From positions 1-59,875 of the IMG/VR virus record IMGVR_UViG_3300023179_008242: a stretch of DNA of 59,875 bases. The stretch is one strand, 5' to 3'. The position numbers and the translations under genes are program-made. This stretch comes from a virus. Taxonomy: Duplodnaviria; Caudoviricetes. How positions within the stretch are numbered: the first letter of the stretch is position 1; every line of letters begins with the position of its first letter. The notes under the pieces are model-generated. The model was not told the DNA's origin, ran no database searches, and was given only the letters and a program-made list of their open reading frames with translations. Of this stretch, positions 48,647-58,337 are shown piece after piece.

Positions 48647-50240
48647 TCTATACTCAGGCGTGGGCGGTTGGTCGCTTGGCTTGAGGATGGCGGGCGTCGA
48701 CGTGGTGGCGTCCTACGAGTGGTGGCCGCTTGCGAACCTGACGAACTTGAAGAACAACGGCCACTCCACCGTCGAGATGGACATTCGTTCGCTGGACCCG
48801 TCGTCCGTTCCCGAGGTGGACGTCGTGGTGGGGAGCCCGCCCTGCACCCACTTCTCTCTCGCCAACAGGGGCGGCAAGGGGGACATCCTGGAGGGGCTCA
48901 AGGATGTCGAGAAATTCCTAGAGGTCATCGACCGAGTCCGGCCCTCCTTCTGGGCCCTCGAGAACGTGCCCCGGCTTGCCGCGATATTCCAGCACGAGAT
49001 GAACCAAGGCGGCGTCCTCCATCGTTTTGCCCACCTCAACCCAATCGTCGCCGTCCTAGACGCTAGCGAGTGGGGGGTGCCGCAGCGCCGAAAGCGCGCA
49101 ATCATCGGGCGGTTCGACTTGGACCTGCTCCTCTCTTACAGGGCTCTGGCGGCCCCCAGGACGCTCGGTGACGTCCTCTCGGCTCTGTCGGCAGAACCGC
49201 CGAGAGACCCCCTGTACGGCCTTGTAATACGTCCTGGCGACCTCACAGAGACCGCCCGCGAGGAGCCCCTGTCCTCCGAGGAGATTCGCCTCAACAGGGA
49301 CGCCAAGGCGAACCACCCCGTCTACAACGGCATGAGGTTCCCCGACGACCCGTCCAGGCCCTCCAGGACGGTCACTGCGACCTGCACGAGGGTCTCCCGG
49401 GAGAGCATAGTGGTGCCCGACGGAGAGGGCTTCAGGAGGCTCACGTTGCGCGAGAAGGCGTGTCTCCAGTCCTTTCCGGCGACCTACCAGTTCTATGCTC
49501 CATCCAACTCCCTCAAGCAGAAGATGGTTGGCAACGCCGTGCCTCCCCTTCTGACCTACCACATCGCCCACGCCATGATGGACACCTCGCCGTCAGACCT
49601 GCCCAAGCCTAGGGATTCTTTCGCGGCGTTCGTCCTGCCCGCAGACGCCCCACCCGCCACGATGCCCGATAGGCCGAGTCGTTCCTACTCCGCCGACAGG
49701 CGCTTCAAGGCCTGCGTGCCGGGGCTCCGCTTCAAGAGCGGCATGAGGTTCGAGCTGTCGAATTCCTTCCACAAGGGCAGGGCTTCTTGGCGGGTCAGGT
49801 TCTTCTACGGCGGCTCCGGCAAGGTGCGCGAGGTCGTCCTCGACGGCAAACTACTCGCGAACGCGAGGAAGTTCTGCGGGTCGGGGTCGCCCGAGTCCAA
49901 GGCTCTGAATGCCATAGTGGAATCCGGCGGTGTCGTGGACTCCCTAAACCCTGACGCGCTCCAGAGGGTGTGGTCGGGAAGGGAAGAAAAGGGCCCGCAC
50001 CCCCACACTCTTGCAGATTCCGTCGGCCGTGCCGCCGCCCTATTCGTCGAACGGGACGACGGATCGTTCTCGGACGGCTTCGTGTCGTCCCTGATGGAGT
50101 CCGATGGCAACCCCCCGGGCCACGCGAAGGTCTTGCGCAACGCCAAGGCGGTGTTCGCGGGACTTTTGGTGGGCTCGCTGGTCAACACGCATCTCGCCGA
50201 GGCGGAGCGGAACGGCAAGAGGAAGGCGGCGACCAATTGA
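48633..50240 (+). CDS. DNA (cytosine-5)-methyltransferase with C-terminal extension
   Basis: DLYSGVGG, GSPPC, ENV, PQRRKR, RRLTLRE..LQSFP, GNAVPP; TTG start. Confidence 0.92.
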   Translation: MKAVDLYSGVGGWSLGLRMAGVDVVASYEWWPLANLTNLKNNGHSTVEMDIRSLDPSSVPEVDVVVGSPPCTHFSLANRGGKGDILEGLKDVEKFLEVIDRVRPSFWALENVPRLAAIFQHEMNQGGVLHRFAHLNPIVAVLDASEWGVPQRRKRAIIGRFDLDLLLSYRALAAPRTLGDVLSALSAEPPRDPLYGLVIRPGDLTETAREEPLSSEEIRLNRDAKANHPVYNGMRFPDDPSRPSRTVTATCTRVSRESIVVPDGEGFRRLTLREKACLQSFPATYQFYAPSNSLKQKMVGNAVPPLLTYHIAHAMMDTSPSDLPKPRDSFAAFVLPADAPPATMPDRPSRSYSADRRFKACVPGLRFKSGMRFELSNSFHKGRASWRVRFFYGGSGKVREVVLDGKLLANARKFCGSGSPESKALNAIVESGGVVDSLNPDALQRVWSGREEKGPHPHTLADSVGRAAALFVERDDGSFSDGFVSSLMESDGNPPGHAKVLRNAKAVFAGLLVGSLVNTHLAEAERNGKRKAATN

Positions 50241-50656
50241 GCGACGAAGTGGACTGGCGCGTGGTCACCAACAAGGTGGCCAATCTGTTTGTGGAAAGGG
50301 TTAAGGACATAAGACGTGACGTCCCCGCCGACGAGATCGTGTCCCGAACCATTGAGTCCTTTTCGAAATCCTCATTTTCCGTGACCACCGAGGACGCCAC
50401 CGGCGATCTCGATGTGGGACACATTGCGGCACTCATACGGCAAATAAACGAATCCCACCACGTTCGCATAAGGCTCCTCGCCAGTTCCCTCGGGGAGGTC
50501 GTGGGGGAGAGTCATCTGGACGAGGTTTTCGCGACAGACATATTCGGCTTCGCCGGTGAGGAGGAGTCGCACGTCCTCATGCGCGTGGACGGAACGCTGA
50601 TAAGGGTCGGCAAGGAAGCGGCCCTGAAGGTGCTGGCTCTCGGCTATGTGCCTTAG
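50237..50656 (+). CDS. Hypothetical protein
   Basis: TTGA coupling with the MTase stop. Confidence 0.55.
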   Translation: MSDEVDWRVVTNKVANLFVERVKDIRRDVPADEIVSRTIESFSKSSFSVTTEDATGDLDVGHIAALIRQINESHHVRIRLLASSLGEVVGESHLDEVFATDIFGFAGEEESHVLMRVDGTLIRVGKEAALKVLALGYVP

Positions 50657-50666
50657 GTGACGACCG

Positions 50667-51046
50667 ATGCCCAGCATGTCCAAGAAGAAGTTGAAGAGGG
50701 CGCCGACCCCATTCGTCATGCGGGGGTCGGAACAATTCGAGGAGAAGGTCATATCCGCGATGAGGGTCGCCTTCGAAAGGATGTTCGGCGACAGGTACGA
50801 CCTTTCCACGAGCGAGCGCAAGTCGTGGGGGTGTTCCTGTACTCTAGGGGCATCCACTGGGAGCTGACGCTCGCCAAGGTGCCCCACCCCTCCAACAGGG
50901 CCTGGGAAGGGTGGGACTTCCACAGGGGAGAGAGGGGCCAGGTGCTCGCCAAGCCGTCGTCCCTGGACGGCCATGTCTTGGCGAGGTGCTATTTCGTGCC
51001 CGAGGAGCTCGCCGCCATAATGGTCGTGTTGGGCGACCTTCTTTGA
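50667..51046 (+). pseudogene. Probable frameshifted hypothetical gene
   Basis: Frame MPSMSKKKLKR...ERKS appears to continue as VGVFLYSRGIHWEL... in another frame; the switch falls near a G5 run at ~50827-50831. Confidence 0.45.
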
Positions 51047-51063
51047 GGAAACTATATTACCCC

Positions 51064-51414
51064 ATGCTCGCAAAGCAGGCTGTAGAGTGCGGAAGCTTTT
51101 TGAGGCCCCTTCTGGTTCCGACCTCTTCCACGAAGGGGCCGTCGTTGAGCAACCCGTCCGTGTGCCGCACGAAGGGCGGGGAGTTCCTCGTCAACATCCG
51201 CAACCTGAACTACGTGCTGTACCACAGCGAGATGGGCGTCCACGAGCATAGCTGGGAACCCCTGTGCTACCTGCACAAGGAGAACGACATAATGTGTAGG
51301 CTCGACGAAAAGTTTGACATCTCGACCAGCGCCGTCGTCGACACCGCCCTCCTGGACAGTGACCCTCTCTGGGAGTTCGATGATGTGTCTCATGTGTGCC
51401 GCCAGACGAGGTAG
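51064..51414 (+). pseudogene. Truncated beta-propeller glycosidase-like (GH130-like) gene fragment
   Basis: NPSV, VNIRNLNY, PLWEF; ends where a GxEDxR motif would be expected, at the edge of the repeated cassette. Confidence 0.45.
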
Positions 51415-51491
51415 CAGAGGCAGAGGGTTTGGAGGACCTCGCAGAGGAGGAAGATCACTTCTTCGTCCTGGAGGGCGTAGAGGAGGGTCAT
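51390..51491 (-). CDS. 33-aa membrane peptide, copy 1
   Basis: MTLLYALQDEEVIFLLCEVLQTLCLCYLVWRHT; ATGA coupling to the upstream fibre gene. Confidence 0.65.
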   Translation of the reverse strand: MTLLYALQDEEVIFLLCEVLQTLCLCYLVWRHT

Positions 51492-52540
51492 GTCAACAGA
51501 TACCTAACTATCACAACACCAGAGCCGCCATTGTTTTGTCCATGATTTGCGCCCGCTCCGCGATTTGCTGATACAGAGCCTCCATTGCCACCCCCGCTGC
51601 CATTGCCTCCTTTCCCATAAACCACACCAAACACCGTAATGCCCGAGCCTCCTGCTCCTCCGTAATTGTCAGAATTTGCACCAACACCACCAGCTCCGCC
51701 GCCACCACCACCGCTACTATCGTCTCCATTCACTGTTCCTCCGCCGCCGCCGTTTCCTACAGAGGTACTCGTGCTAGTTGGTATGCCAGATGTTCCTCCT
51801 GTACCACCACCATACCCGAAAGGACCAGCACCGGCTCGACCGCCGCCAGTGGCAACGCGACCAGCAAATGAAGAAGACTGTGCCGCAGCCCCTCCGTTTG
51901 CAATGCCGCCGTTTCCAACAATGACTGAGTAACTGCCAGTCGTAATTGTTTGATTAGTTTGATACAATACGCCGCCGCCGCCACCGCCTGAGTTAAAGTA
52001 AAAATAGTCGCACTGTCCACCTCCACCCACGACAAGCACATCGCAAGTCAAAGTGCCAGAGATTTGTAGCGTACCGTTGCTTGTGAACGTGTGATACTTA
52101 TATCCGTCGCCGGGCGTTGTGATTGTCCCGCCTGTCACCACCAACAAGTCCGGCGTCGCCGTCGCCGCCCCGCTGTAATCGCCCGCCGTAAAGTTCACCG
52201 CCGCCACTCGCACACTGTACGAAGTGCCGTTGGTCAGCCCTGTCAGCGTGTAAGAAGTGCCGGTGCTGCCCGTCAGCACATATGCCGCACTGCCACCCGA
52301 CGCTGTGTATTCAACGAGGTAGTTGGTGATGGTTCCGTGAGTAGTCGCCGGTGCTGTCCAACTAAGCAAGATTCGAGCGTCGCCAGCCGCTGCCGTGAGA
52401 CTCGTCGGAGCGGCGGGGCCGCGAGGCCACTCGCTTGCACGGCGGCGCGACTCTGCTTCGCCGAGCGTGAAGATGCCGCTGGCAGCCGTTGTCGTTGTGG
52501 CTCGATTGAACCCAATGTAGCCGCCTATTCTTCTGCTCAT
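51488..52540 (-). CDS. FN3 + glycine-rich domain fibre/virion protein
   Basis: GGYIG..ASG leader; FN3 (LSW..P...Y.VEY...TGLTNG..Y..RV.AVN); YHTFTS.G; LVVGGGG; GGSGVVIVRY. Confidence 0.8.
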   Translation of the reverse strand: MSRRIGGYIGFNRATTTTAASGIFTLGEAESRRRASEWPRGPAAPTSLTAAAGDARILLSWTAPATTHGTITNYLVEYTASGGSAAYVLTGSTGTSYTLTGLTNGTSYSVRVAAVNFTAGDYSGAATATPDLLVVTGGTITTPGDGYKYHTFTSNGTLQISGTLTCDVLVVGGGGQCDYFYFNSGGGGGGVLYQTNQTITTGSYSVIVGNGGIANGGAAAQSSSFAGRVATGGGRAGAGPFGYGGGTGGTSGIPTSTSTSVGNGGGGGTVNGDDSSGGGGGGAGGVGANSDNYGGAGGSGITVFGVVYGKGGNGSGGGNGGSVSANRGAGANHGQNNGGSGVVIVRYLLT

Positions 52541-52648
52541 GCGGGTATATATATGAGCTTATGACAGTTTTCGTCTGCGCCTCTCGGACTGTGAAGATTT
52601 CGCCCAGACCCGCTGCCAGTACGCCGATTATTCCGCCGCTTGGTCGGG

Positions 52649-53242
52649 TCATTGCGCTTGATTTTCCCACGCGTCTTTGGCGGCGCAGAATCCGAACATG
52701 AACAGAATTCGCGGGTTATCGCCGAAACACTGATCAACGCTGTGGTAATATTCGCTAACGAGGTAGGCCATCAAATCACCCTCGTTCAGGTCGTAAGTCT
52801 TGTCTTCAACATGAATCAGGCCGCCCGTTTCGGCTTTGCTGACCAGAATGTTAAATCGTAGCGCAACAGTGTCGGGAACTTGGGCATTCACTGCCGGGTC
52901 TTTGTGCTTGTAAACATCGCCGTCGTTGTATGTGATGCTCACAACCACTCCGTCTTTGCCGTGACCGCGAATAACTTCTGCGTTTGTGATTAGTGGAAAA
53001 GTTTCTCTTAAGCGATTTTGAATACTATAAACCAACTCTGGGTACGCTATCTTGTCTCCCACCATCCTGTTGGTGAGTCGTGTTTTTACCCTTGTGAATT
53101 CTTTCGTGTCCCAATTGCCGCTAACTCCGTCAACAAATTGAGTTGAAGAGTTCTCTAGCGCCCAATTTTTGAGGTCATCACACTCTGCTTGCGAAATCAA
53201 ATTCCTTACCACCAAAACTCTGCCGTCGTGTTGTGTACGCAT
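52649..53242 (-). CDS. 2OG-Fe(II) oxygenase
   Basis: HKD, GG, YHSV and distal R pattern. Confidence 0.8.
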   Translation of the reverse strand: MRTQHDGRVLVVRNLISQAECDDLKNWALENSSTQFVDGVSGNWDTKEFTRVKTRLTNRMVGDKIAYPELVYSIQNRLRETFPLITNAEVIRGHGKDGVVVSITYNDGDVYKHKDPAVNAQVPDTVALRFNILVSKAETGGLIHVEDKTYDLNEGDLMAYLVSEYYHSVDQCFGDNPRILFMFGFCAAKDAWENQAQ

Positions 53243-53243
53243 A

Positions 53244-54425
53244 TTAATGCTCCAGAAATAAACAGTTAACATCGCTACTATCGCTCGGGCCAAACGCATA
53301 GCCCAGCGGAACATTGCCGTTCATCAATCGTCTTGGAAGTCGTGAATTGCTGAAAAAGTAAATATCTCGCAATCTTCCTGCCACATTAGCCGTTGAATAA
53401 TACCTGAATGTGAGCGGAACTTTAACCAATCTGCCGGATCGTGTGAACATGGATGCCACAGAAAGTCTGCCACTAGCGAGCGCCGCAGACCAAGTAGCCA
53501 TTCCGCCCAAATCAATCAAAAGTTGGTCAGGATACCACAGCAGAGGACTTATTCTGACGCCGGTTGATGTTCCCGGTTGATAAATCAAACTTCTGACGGT
53601 TTTTAAACCGTCTGTTGATGAACCTACTACTCCGTTATTAAAAGATGCGACCCCACTAAATGATATGGTAACATTTTCTTTTACGCTAGATAACCAGTTG
53701 GTGACCGGCCATGGCAGACTATTGGTAATTCCAGACGATGCTGTAAAAGTATTGGTTATCATGCCATAAAGCTTACCATCACTTTCACTATCCAACGTTG
53801 TGTCAGGACTCTCAGGATCAATTATTGCTCCTGCAAGTAGAAAATAATTTTGCGAACCCACAAAGGCCACAGCCAAACAATCCGTTGACTCATAAACATG
53901 AACGTTGCCCGTGAATCCTGAGTTTGTAGTAATTAAGGATCGATAGTATCCGTAAAAAGAGCCGCTAGTAAAAGGATTAACAGCGGTCCAATGAGAATAT
54001 GTTCCGGGGTTTTTTATGATGGTGGAAAAAATTGTGAATCTACCAACACCGTCAACTTGACCCTCCCCCCAAAAGGTGGTGCATCCCACTTTGTCACAAT
54101 AAGTAGCAAACGCACCTTCTCCACTTGCTAATGTCGGAAGCCTACTCGCTCCGTTGGGTAAACTCGCAGTACCACCAGTATCCGCACACAACACTATTTT
54201 GTTGTTTATGGTACGCACAGATGGATCAATGTGCAATACTCTGGTCGTACCACTGGAAACAAGATTGTATGTTCCGGCAGAACCGCTACCGGGAGTTCTT
54301 GCTGAACCATCGGGATAGGTTGTGCCTAATCCCAAATTGTAAATTCCCTCGATAATTGTTGCTGTATTTGCGGAAGCACAAGGGACAACTCCCAAATATC
54401 TCCACTGTGTTTTTGGTAAACTCAT
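53244..54425 (-). CDS. Hypothetical protein, probably virion-associated (lower GC)
   Basis: AGGAG RBS before MSLPKTQWRY; S/T/G-rich, beta-strand-like. Confidence 0.65.
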   Translation of the reverse strand: MSLPKTQWRYLGVVPCASANTATIIEGIYNLGLGTTYPDGSARTPGSGSAGTYNLVSSGTTRVLHIDPSVRTINNKIVLCADTGGTASLPNGASRLPTLASGEGAFATYCDKVGCTTFWGEGQVDGVGRFTIFSTIIKNPGTYSHWTAVNPFTSGSFYGYYRSLITTNSGFTGNVHVYESTDCLAVAFVGSQNYFLLAGAIIDPESPDTTLDSESDGKLYGMITNTFTASSGITNSLPWPVTNWLSSVKENVTISFSGVASFNNGVVGSSTDGLKTVRSLIYQPGTSTGVRISPLLWYPDQLLIDLGGMATWSAALASGRLSVASMFTRSGRLVKVPLTFRYYSTANVAGRLRDIYFFSNSRLPRRLMNGNVPLGYAFGPSDSSDVNCLFLEH

Positions 54426-54438
54426 GATAATACTCCTA

Positions 54439-55473
54439 TTAACTTGTAAAAACATCAAAACGAGAAACACTTGCTCCAACACCCAAACTTAAGCCGGTAA
54501 AATTATTTCCAGAAAATGTACTGTCGCTAACACTGGCAATTTGAACATCATTCACTAAGGCAATAATTTGTGAGTTATTTACCATAATCCCAACCGTGTC
54601 GCCAGTTTGCAGTTGCGGAGTTTGAAATGTTGTTAAAGCAACAGAAGAGAATCTTTGATTTCTATTAATTGATCCGGTTGTTCCGCTTGAAAAAAAGACT
54701 GTATACCCAACAGAATAATTGCCGGGAGAAGCAGTGCTGCCGGTTGTGCGACCATATAGGCCAACAAAGCCATTTGCCGTGGCGATTGTGGCAACTGCAT
54801 AAAAATTTGATCTTCCAGTATCTAATACGCTTCCAGAATTTCCGTATACATCTGTTGGTCCTCGCTCGGCAGATGATGTTCCAGTAAGTCGCAAACTACT
54901 TTGTGATCCTTCTACGGACAAATTGCCCCATCGAGGAGATCTAGAAGCATTAGATAGAAGAACACCTGCTGAACCATCAAATAAATCAGCAATAGAACTA
55001 CCCGGAATGGCCGATATTGTATTAGTAAAGTCGCTAGAACCTACTGAATCGACGACTCTTATTCGTATTGTGTAGCTGATGCCATTGGTCAATTCAGTTA
55101 ATACATGACTATTAGATGAGCTATTGGTGTTTATGGTGAACGAAGATCCCCCAGATTCTGTATATTCTATTATGTGATTGATTGCTGCAGCAGTATTTGT
55201 CTATGAAAGAAACAATTTTGTATTTCCAGGTAGAGCAACTAGTTGTGTTGGTGCATTTGGGTTGATTAAAAAGGTATAATGCTTATCAAGTGTGGTTATA
55301 AGATTGTCACCCAAGCCAGCCTCGGTATAGTAGTTGGAAGACAAAATTTGAGGCGGGTTAGGATCGTAAAAAGATTCGGGCCAATTGCCGTTTTTAATAT
55401 GAAAGTTGACATCGTTCAATTTCCATATGCCCCCGGCCCCATACTTGTTTGGAATTCTTGGATTTTCACTCAT
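54439..55473 (-). pseudogene. FN3 fibre paralog interrupted by an in-frame TAG at 55201-55203
   Basis: Track ORFs 55201..55473 and 54439..55092 are in the same frame. Read-through gives KLFLS*TNTAAAINHIIEYTESGG; the stop aligns with the Trp of LSWT in the paralogs. Confidence 0.75.
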
Positions 55474-56023
55474 TCTTCAACCTCTCGTACAGCGCTATAT
55501 CGTCAGCAAAGATTTGGTTTACTCTTGCCAATTCGTCATCATTTAATTTTGGCTTGTTCTGTTCGCCGTTTAATTCGGGCAATGGGGTGTCTAGCCCGAG
55601 ATAAGCGGCGCAATTATTTATTTGGGTTTCAAACAAGAAATATTTGACTTTTGGGGCGTCTAGTAGCCCCATGCTTTTTAGTGTCCAAACATGAACATTA
55701 TCCATATGATTGTCCAAAACTTCTGTAGGGCTTTTCATCAATCTGGCGCACGAACTGGCGAATCTGCCTACGGGGTTTCGCACGACCACAGCAAATTCTT
55801 TCTCTAAAAACTCTTTTGGTTCGTGACTCATATCAATAATGTTGGGCAGATTCATCACAGGATGCCATCTGTCCGCAGTATTTACAAACGGCCAATTACC
55901 GCCGTCTTGAGGCAACTCTGGATAGTATTTGCTTAGTATGCTCTTGAACAGAGCATGACTGCCGCTTCGTGTCACCAAGGCCACGCCCACATTACCATTG
56001 TGCCATAAAACGCCTTTACTCAT
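55466..56023 (-). CDS. Sulfotransferase-like protein
   Basis: TRSGSHAL (5'-PSB-like); VVRNPVGRFAS (3'-PB-like); FADD..LY. Confidence 0.65.
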   Translation of the reverse strand: MSKGVLWHNGNVGVALVTRSGSHALFKSILSKYYPELPQDGGNWPFVNTADRWHPVMNLPNIIDMSHEPKEFLEKEFAVVVRNPVGRFASSCARLMKSPTEVLDNHMDNVHVWTLKSMGLLDAPKVKYFLFETQINNCAAYLGLDTPLPELNGEQNKPKLNDDELARVNQIFADDIALYERLKNE

Positions 56024-56208
56024 ATGTTTTCCTGTTTCACTATCTCATGACGCCTCGGTAATCGTGTGCTTGAATACTGCGTCCGCGATTTTCTGGTTCG
56101 TCCACTCACTGCCGTCGGGCTTTCCGCCTCGCGCAGCGTCCACACACCGCCCGCCGCCGCATTCGCAGGCGTCACGTTCGCACCGATCAATCCTCCTCGC
56201 CCCCTCAT
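56020..56208 (-). pseudogene. Orphan fibre N-terminal module
   Basis: MRGRGGLIG...GGVWTLREAES matches the paralog leader, then diverges and stops at 62 aa. Confidence 0.55.
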
Positions 56209-56231
56209 GCGTCATCTCCTGCGGATGTAGC
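56189..56231. repeat. 43-bp direct repeat, identical copy at 58115-58157
   Basis: aatcctcctcgccccctcatgcgtcatctcctgcggatgtagc spans the RBS and start of the MRGRGG modules. Confidence 0.9.
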
Positions 56232-56321
56232 CGCCCGAACCGACTGCTTTAAGTCAAGGTCGGATATTCTTGAGTCTTCTACGTACGAATTGGCCATGCC
56301 CTATATAGTCGAAACGGCCGA

Positions 56322-56978
56322 TTAATAGCTGAGGTCGTGCCTGAAGTGGAACACCCCGATGTGGGACAGTTGCCTGCTGACTGTGTTGTCGCAGAGTATC
56401 TTGTACCCCTTGTCTTTTGCCTTCTGAAAGAAGAAAATGTCCTCGCCGATCTCCATTTTTCTTTTCTTGTCGTAGTCTATGATGTAGTAGGGCTCGCCCA
56501 GCTTCTCGTAGACCTCCCTCTTGACGAGGCAGCACCCGTGTCCGACCACGTCCACGAACTCCGTGTCGGGGCTCTCGTTCGTGAGTTCCACCGGATCGCT
56601 CCCGTCGATGATCGACTTTTTGGTCGACCTCCCCGCGATGAACGAGGGGTTGGGGAACCTCCTCTTCCTGTAGTTGCATCCCACTATCGGGACGTCGTGT
56701 TGCAGGAGCCTCGAGCCCGCGTCGAAGGGGAATGTCATGTCGTAGTCCAGCCACCAGATGTGCTCGAAGTCGGTGGACATGAAGTACTGAACCAGCTCCC
56801 TTCTGTTCTTGCCGACGTAGCTCCCGATGTTCAAGGCGACATTGACGGTGTATCCCTGTGAAACGAGGTACCCCGTGGCGAGACTCAAGCACTGGGCAAA
56901 TTCCGCGGCGACCTGCTCCGTGGAGGGGACTGCGATAAGTATCTTTTGCGATTCCGCACTTTTTGGTTTTTTACTCAT
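56322..56978 (-). CDS. Glycosyltransferase-like protein (GT-A fold)
   Basis: ILIAVP, R..LV, WWLDYDM, G.GC.LVKREV, GEDIFF, HIG. Confidence 0.75.
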   Translation of the reverse strand: MSKKPKSAESQKILIAVPSTEQVAAEFAQCLSLATGYLVSQGYTVNVALNIGSYVGKNRRELVQYFMSTDFEHIWWLDYDMTFPFDAGSRLLQHDVPIVGCNYRKRRFPNPSFIAGRSTKKSIIDGSDPVELTNESPDTEFVDVVGHGCCLVKREVYEKLGEPYYIIDYDKKRKMEIGEDIFFFQKAKDKGYKILCDNTVSRQLSHIGVFHFRHDLSY

Positions 56979-57005
56979 ATTATATGATAGTGGTTAATCA
57001 TTCAA

Positions 57006-57119
57006 TTATGTACGCCGGGCGTGAGCCTCCGCGAGTGCCAGCGGCAGGATCGCGTAGCACCGCCAGACGCAGTATGCGCCGATCGTGCCGCAGGCGAGGA
57101 GTTCGATCATGTGCCTCAT
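57006..57119 (-). CDS. 37-aa hydrophobic peptide
   Basis: MRHMIELLACGTIGAYCVWRCYAILPLALAEAHARRT; ATGA-coupled. Confidence 0.45.
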   Translation of the reverse strand: MRHMIELLACGTIGAYCVWRCYAILPLALAEAHARRT

Positions 57120-57217
57120 GGATGCCGCCACACGAGATAGCAGAGGCAGAGGGTTTGCATGATCTCGCAGACGAGGTAGATCGTCTCTTCGTCTTGGAGG
57201 GCGTAGTAGAGGCTCAC
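57116..57217 (-). CDS. 33-aa membrane peptide, copy 2
   Basis: MSLYYALQDEETIYLVCEIMQTLCLCYLVWRHP; GTG start. Confidence 0.6.
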   Translation of the reverse strand: MSLYYALQDEETIYLVCEIMQTLCLCYLVWRHP

Positions 57218-57285
57218 GACAGTTCCTTCCACAACGCAACGCCGGTCGTGGAGCAGAGCAGGAGTTTGATGAAGTGACTCATGGG

Positions 57286-58134
57286 TTATGAAATCCAGAG
57301 CCGGAACTTTCCTTTAATGCGAATATCATCATCAGTCCAATCCCGTCCGTACTGATACGAATTGCCGGTCGTTGAACTCAATTTAATCACATCTCCTGCG
57401 GTAACAGTTAGAGTTCTACGCGCTCCGTGTGTGCCAAAAAATGTCTGACTAGCCGCAAATGTTGTAGATAGAGTGCCGTTTCGTACATACCTCACAAAAT
57501 TAGGAATCTCCGCGCCTTCATTCTCTCTGCCGCCAAACTCAACAGTAAGAGTTCCCGAAACTCCACAAGTAAACGTCCAAAGACGGTAAGTATTTGCGCC
57601 GTAACCGGAACCCCAATCAATTCCGTTTGGCGCAGCCGCATCGCTGGTTTCAAGCGGGCTTGCTGCGGTTCCGCTGCCGCTCCACGAGTACGCTGTTCCA
57701 CCATCAGAGGTGCCGCTAGCGGGACTGACTGTAAGGTTCACCGCCCTCGCCGTCCCTGTCGCCGTCCCGCTCCAATCCCCAGCCGTAAAGTTCACCGCCG
57801 CCACTCGCACCGTGTACGAGGTGCCGTTGGTCAAACCCGTGAGCGTGTAACTAGTGCTGGTGCTGTTTGTCAGCACATACTGGGCACTCCCGCCCGACGC
57901 TGTGTATTCCACAAGGTAGTTTGTAATGGTTCCGTGCGTGGTCGTTGGTGCTGTCCAACTGAGCGCGAGTTGAGCGTCGCCAGCCGCTGCCGCGAGACTC
58001 GTCGGAGCGGCGGATCCACGAGGCCACTCGCCTGCACGACGGAGTGACTCTGCCTCGCGCACCGTCCACACTCCGCTGGCAGCCGTTGTCGTTGCGGCGC
58101 GGTTGAATCCGATGAATCCTCCTCGCCCCCTCAT
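57286..58134 (-). CDS. FN3 fibre/virion protein with distinct C-terminal domain
   Basis: Leader and FN3 nearly identical to paralogs; unrelated C-terminus. Confidence 0.8.
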   Translation of the reverse strand: MRGRGGFIGFNRAATTTAASGVWTVREAESLRRAGEWPRGSAAPTSLAAAAGDAQLALSWTAPTTTHGTITNYLVEYTASGGSAQYVLTNSTSTSYTLTGLTNGTSYTVRVAAVNFTAGDWSGTATGTARAVNLTVSPASGTSDGGTAYSWSGSGTAASPLETSDAAAPNGIDWGSGYGANTYRLWTFTCGVSGTLTVEFGGRENEGAEIPNFVRYVRNGTLSTTFAASQTFFGTHGARRTLTVTAGDVIKLSSTTGNSYQYGRDWTDDDIRIKGKFRLWIS

Positions 58135-58223
58135 GCGTCATCTCCTGCGGATGTAGCTGCCCTGGCCACCCAAGGCCATTTATTTAGAAGTTCTTTAGAG
58201 TTTTTCATAAAAACATGTAGTAT

Positions 58224-58337
58224 TTAGTCCTTGAAATTCTGCTGCCTCCACACGAGGTAGCAGAGGCAGAGGGTCTGCATGATGGCGCAGAGGAGGAAGA
58301 TCGTCATTTCGTCTTGGAGGGCGTAGAGGAGGGTCAT
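58224..58337 (-). CDS. 37-aa membrane peptide, copy 3
   Basis: MTLLYALQDEMTIFLLCAIMQTLCLCYLVWRQQNFKD; ATGA coupling. Confidence 0.65.
   Translation of the reverse strand: MTLLYALQDEMTIFLLCAIMQTLCLCYLVWRQQNFKD

Noticed and set aside
55201-55203. Genome-wide TAG recoding
   Set aside because: Several well-defined genes (Pmp3, UvsW, ClpP, cupin) end at TAG at their expected lengths; only one in-frame TAG was seen.
51390-58337. Diversity-generating retroelement TR/VR pair among the repeats
   Set aside because: No reverse transcriptase in the window, and differences between copies include C/G and C/T changes rather than being adenine-specific.
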